NCBI GenBank assembly: GCA_002269645.1 | Contig: NIVC01001774.1 | Coordinates: 124,001-188,000, forward strand | DNA length: 64,000 nucleotides | Direction: 5' to 3' | Origin: Macrostomum lignano | Lineage: Eukaryota | Shown: positions 59,645 through 64,000 of the stretch, piece after piece | Layout of the letters: every line of letters begins with the position of its first letter | How positions within the stretch are numbered: the first letter of the stretch is position 1 | The notes under the pieces: model-generated | The model's database searches: none | Seen by the model: only the letters and a program-made list of their open reading frames with translations | What the model was told of the DNA's origin: nothing | Made by a program: the position numbers and the translations under genes

Positions 59645-61955
59645 TTAAGACCGATCGTGTAATTATTTTTGCAATAATAATTAACTCATGTTAATAATTA
59701 TCTTATGTTTATTCCTAGCAAAGTTTTATGATGACCTACTTTATTCTTAGCTGAAAGCTACTACAAAAAACCGGATATATTGATAATATAAAATATCCCT
59801 AACCTAAGTAGACCCTAAGCCTAAGCCTTAGGCTAAGGCAATGTCCTATTTTCCTTTCCTGTGTTAAATTAATTATTTTCACACTAATTTGACACAATGT
59901 CATGATTCATGCATGGCCATGACAAAATAAACTTATGTTAAGGCTGCAGTCCTAGCCTAAGTATAATTTTTGGCTTGGCCTAGAGCTGGAGGCAAGAACA
60001 GCAATATGTTTTTGGCAATCAATAGGTCTTTCATCTTTGCACTCTTAGAAGTAAGCAAATCTTAAAATGGTTAGGGCATAGTTTAGCTAAATAACTAAAT
60101 TCAATCAAATGAAAAATAATTTCATGAACAAAACTATAATAGTCTAATGCCCAGCTATTAAATCAAGTTTATTGCTAATAAATTATTTAATTAAATAGTT
60201 AACACCCCTACTTGGACTAGGTTTTTAAAACTGTTTTTTGTGTACAGAGTGTATATCCTAATATGCACCCTAAATTAAAAAATTATACCTTGAAATTGAA
60301 AATTAGATACAATTTAGGTGTGGTCTCATAACTTATTTTTACTTTGAAGCCTCATTTGCATTGCCTTAAAATAAGAAAAAAGAAATTACACTTTGAGCCT
60401 TAAAATTGCACATTGAAATTGAGCATAGGGTGTAATTTCATACCTTGCCTGTGGCAAAAAATTAAAAATAGAGGTGGCCTTTACTATTAAATAATAAATT
60501 TATTTATTAGCAAACAAATTGATAGCAAATAAAAGTTATACCCTATGGCTATGGCCTATATAATTCTATATTTCTAAGTTTTAATTATTATTTTAACTTC
60601 CATAAGGCTTCAATTAAATAATAATAAGTTGACTATTTATTAGAGTTTATTACAAGCAAATTAAATATTATACTAATTAAACAAGTTAAGCAATGCTACT
60701 TAAACATAAGAACTAGCAATATTGTATATACAGTGTGCACTAGTAGAGATTAAATCAAAGGTAAACTATTAGGCTGTCAAGCACAAATAGAATTTAAGGA
60801 TTAAGGGTAAGCCAAGTAAAGAAAAAAGAGAGAGGGAACAAAAAAAAAGAAAAAAAATTGAGCAATGCCAAAGAACAAAATATAAATAAAAGTTGGGGAG
60901 CAAGAGGTAGATAAAGAGGAATAGGCGCTGGGGACAAGGCCTGGATACCAAAGGCCAAAACACAGAGATGGGAAAATGTTGCAAAAAACACAGTGGAAAC
61001 AAAAAAATAAACCAGATAGTGGGTGCACAAACCAGGGAAAAAAGCAGGGAGGCCAGGCCCAAGAACTAGGAAGATGACAAAATTTCATCATAGGGAGCAC
61101 CTCATGATGGACAGATAAGGCCAACCCATGTAACAATAAAAAGAGGGGAAGGTCACACGGTGGTCCATAAAATAATAAACGAAATTTGAAAACAGTAAAT
61201 TTAATCATTTTGTGATAGCCCCTATTACCACACTATCTTATCTATCTTTTATCTAATTTCCTATAATTAGACAGTATAGGCGTAACTTATAACTTTAATA
61301 AAATGAAATCTAAGGACAATCCCAAATCAATGGTATCCTACTTTATACTGTCTATGCTTAAAAGTTTGATTCAGAATTCTACTTCTATGTCAGAAAATTT
61401 ATAAGTAGTATGAAGATGCCTGCATCTTTTTGTAACTAGTGAACAAATTAGCTTATTTTTAGATGTAGGCCTTCATACTACTTGTGAATTTTCCTGCATA
61501 GAAGTAGAATGCTAAATCAAATTTTATTATTGTCATATAATGCTTAATAGTATGGTCATAGTAATGAGTTATTATCTAGTTATTCTTATAGAAGTAAATT
61601 ATTTTTTTGCCAATGGTATAATAATGCTGCTATCTTATGAGATTGTCTAAAAGTGCAGAATAGCTTTATATATATTGCATCTGAATCTTGTCTATAAGGG
61701 TCAGCCACCAAGGAATAGATTGTATATGCATGCTTGACATTGAGAAATTCACCTTGCTAACTTATGTATTACTATGTATTTATGTGTTAAATTTATATTA
61801 TATGCAGAAAATTTTTTAGTCAAATGAATTCAAACTTGTTGAATTTCAGACATGCCTTGAAAATCTATAAGCAAAAGTATAATTAGCATAGTCTCATACT
61901 TTTTGGACACCCCACATCATACATGCGCAACCTTGAGAATCACCCGGCTGTTTCT

Positions 61956-62006
61956 ATTGGCAACGCATACATGTAAGTCGCTATTGGCTGAGAGCAGTCA
62001 CGTGAC
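61956..62006 (+). promoter_or_regulatory. Putative promoter of the U1A gene: two inverted CCAAT boxes and palindromic E-box GTCACGTGAC
   Basis: ATTGG at 61956 and 61983; GTCACGTGAC at 61997-62006; about 130 bp upstream of the ATG. Confidence 0.45.
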
Positions 62007-62137
62007 TACTATTCCGTCTAATAGCGACTTACATGTTTTTGTTGCCAATTAGAAATGGCCGAGTGAATCCTAAGGTTGCGCCCAAGCATGCCCCACATGA
62101 TAAGTCTAAGCCTATTGTTTCACAAAATTTTCAGGCA

Positions 62138-62842
62138 ATGGAAGCCCCACCAATCAACAACACTGTGTACATTCGCAATCTCAATGAGAAGATTAAACGA
62201 GACGAATTAAAAAAGTCCCTATACGCCATATTCTCTCAGTTTGGCCAAATCCTCGACATCATCACTTCGCGTACGATGAAGATGAAGGGCCAGGCTTTTG
62301 TGGTGTTCAACGATCAGGCCTCAGCGGCCAATGCCGTCCGGTCAATGCAGGGCTTCCCATTCTTTGAGAAGTCAATGATGCTGGCATTCGCTCGGACAGA
62401 CTCGGACGTCATTGCCAAACGCAAGGGTACGTTTGTTGAACGGCCGAAACGGCTGGCCACCGCCACCGTTGCAGCCTCCGGCAAGGACAGCCGGAAGAAG
62501 AGAAAAGCCGCCGCTGGCAAAGGCGGCCTGGCCGCGGCCGCAGCCGCTTTAAAGTCGGAATCGTCGGCCCAGCAGCCAATTGATCCCAGCAGCATTCCGG
62601 AGCAGCCGCCCAACCAGATCCTGTTCCTGACTAACCTGCCGGCCAGTTCTAATCACGCCATGCTGACTGTGCTGTTCACCCAGTTCGCCGGGTTCAAGGA
62701 GGTCCGCATGGTGCCCGGCCGCACCGACATCGCATTTGTCGAATTCAACACCGAGGTTGAGAGCACGCACGCCAAGAACTCTTTGAACGGATTCTGCATC
62801 GAGCCGGAGTACCCCATGAGAATCACATTCGCTAAGAAGTAG
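62138..62842 (+). CDS. SNRPA: U1A/U2B''/SNF family snRNP protein (two RRMs), intronless CDS, 234 aa
   Basis: NNTVYIRNLNEKIKRDELKKSLYAIFSQFGQILDI...KMKGQAFVVF; second RRM PPNQILFLTNLP...FKEVRMVPGRTDIAFVEF...MRITFAKK; ATG 4 nt after a TTTCAG acceptor; U1A vs U2B'' not resolved. Confidence 0.93.
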   Translation: MEAPPINNTVYIRNLNEKIKRDELKKSLYAIFSQFGQILDIITSRTMKMKGQAFVVFNDQASAANAVRSMQGFPFFEKSMMLAFARTDSDVIAKRKGTFVERPKRLATATVAASGKDSRKKRKAAAGKGGLAAAAAALKSESSAQQPIDPSSIPEQPPNQILFLTNLPASSNHAMLTVLFTQFAGFKEVRMVPGRTDIAFVEFNTEVESTHAKNSLNGFCIEPEYPMRITFAKK

Positions 62843-63232
62843 ATCCGCTTAAGTCGGGGGTTCGAATCCGGCGTGGTGTGTTTTTAGCGTTTCAATAATG
62901 ATTGAATTGAAATATTCGAAAAAATTGTCATGCTTTTCAATTGTAAATCATATGATTGTGTCGACTTTTTTTAAATTGCGCTTAGTAAATATATAAAAGC
63001 ATATGCTTATTGTGTTCAAAATAATGTAACTGACTTATTGTTATTGTCTTTGCTGCGTAAGTTTGTTGTTAATTAAAATAAACTGCTTTGATTGTGCAGT
63101 TTTTGCTATGCTTAATAAGTTGCATGCAGTCTGTGGGTGTGCACTTTTCTGCTTTTTATATATTCTTTGTAATAAAATACTAGGTTTATGTTTCGTTAGA
63201 CTTAGGTATGAATAGGGTGTTTGTTGAGGATT

Positions 63233-63655
63233 GATAATCCACTAGCTCTCTCGGATAATCCACTAGCTCTCTCGTATAATCCACTAGCTCTCTCGGATAA
63301 TCCACTAGCTCTCTCGGATAATCCACTAGCTCTCTCGGATAATCCACTAGCTCTCTCGGATAATCCACTAGCTCTCTCGGATAATCCACTAGCTCTCTCG
63401 GATAATCCACTAGCTCTCTCGGATAATCCACTAGCTCTCTCGGATAATCCACTAGCTCTCTCGGATAATCCACTAGCTCTTTCGGACAATCCTCTAGCTC
63501 TCTCGGATAATCCAGATAATCCACTAGCTCTCTCGCGGAAAAACCATAGGCTCTCCTGGATAATCCATTAGCTCTCTCCTGGATAATCCATTAGATCCTA
63601 GATAATCCATTAGCTCTCTTACGGATAATCCATTAGCTCTATCGGATAATCCATT
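63233..63655. repeat. 21-bp minisatellite (GGATAATCCACTAGCTCTCTC), about 20 copies
   Basis: Direct periodicity. Confidence 0.96.
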
Positions 63656-64000
63656 TACAATAAGAGGGTCAGAACCATAGGCATTATTTTGTTGTTTAAA
63701 ATAAGTATTTTGAGATTTAATAAAAATTTATGCTCAATACTTCACGCCTAAGAGTCAATTAAGTCTCCTTAAACTACAGAAACTGCACTCTGATCCTCGT
63801 GTTTTGCTATACGAGTTTGGCATACAGAAAGTGCCAAAGAGCTGCCAATAATAAGCTGCTCAAATTGAAATTAGTCTGAATTAAAGAACAGAAACTTCAT
63901 TCGACTAATGCCATGCAAGCTGCTTGGAAATTTTTAGCGAAAGCTCGCTTTTACAAAAGATTATGGCTTCCCCCTGACAATTTATGTTGCTGCGCCGCTA

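Noticed and set aside
60769-61208. Hydrophobic minus-strand ORFs suggesting a membrane protein or mitochondrial insert
   Set aside because: Produced by A-rich low-complexity sequence in several frames; no conserved motif
62033-62137. N-terminal extension of U1A in the supplied 269-aa ORF
   Set aside because: Homology starts at MEAPPINNTVY (62138), right after a TTTCAG acceptor; the upstream part looks like intron or outron
62843-63180. U1A autoregulatory PIE element in the 3' UTR
   Set aside because: No exact ATTGCAC/ATTGTAC pair; only scattered ATTG words (e.g. ATTGCGC at 62975) in AT-rich DNA

Overview
Eukaryotic (metazoan) genomic DNA, not prokaryotic. It has spliced genes with GC-rich codons, AT-rich spacers and about 22 different tandem minisatellites filling introns and intergenic DNA. 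The style suggests a Macrostomum-like free-living flatworm (inference only). Most long ORFs in the supplied track are translations of these arrays. Genes reconstructed by hand from splice sites and reading phase: the 3' end of an unidentified gene; UBL3 with an unusual poly-Cys CAAX tail; a Q-rich gene with a GATAD2/p66-like zinc finger that may be spliced onto an LRAT (NlpC/P60) domain; a class A GPCR (minus strand, GC-AG intron); ACBP; an acetyl-CoA hydrolase/acetate:succinate CoA-transferase; a phytochelatin synthase; a small orphan gene; and a U1A/U2B''/SNF protein. Mobile DNA: a 4.07-kb I-group/Ingi-like LINE whose 16-bp target-site duplication is the start of an intron; a 5'-truncated RNase H LINE with a 13-bp TSD; a Ty3/Gypsy element with a collapsed 5' LTR; three tRNA-derived SINEs sharing modules; an intron-containing Merlin transposase exon with a 91-bp MITE and a nested Helitron-like element; and hAT and other MITEs. 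No CRISPR array or rRNA/tRNA gene is supported.
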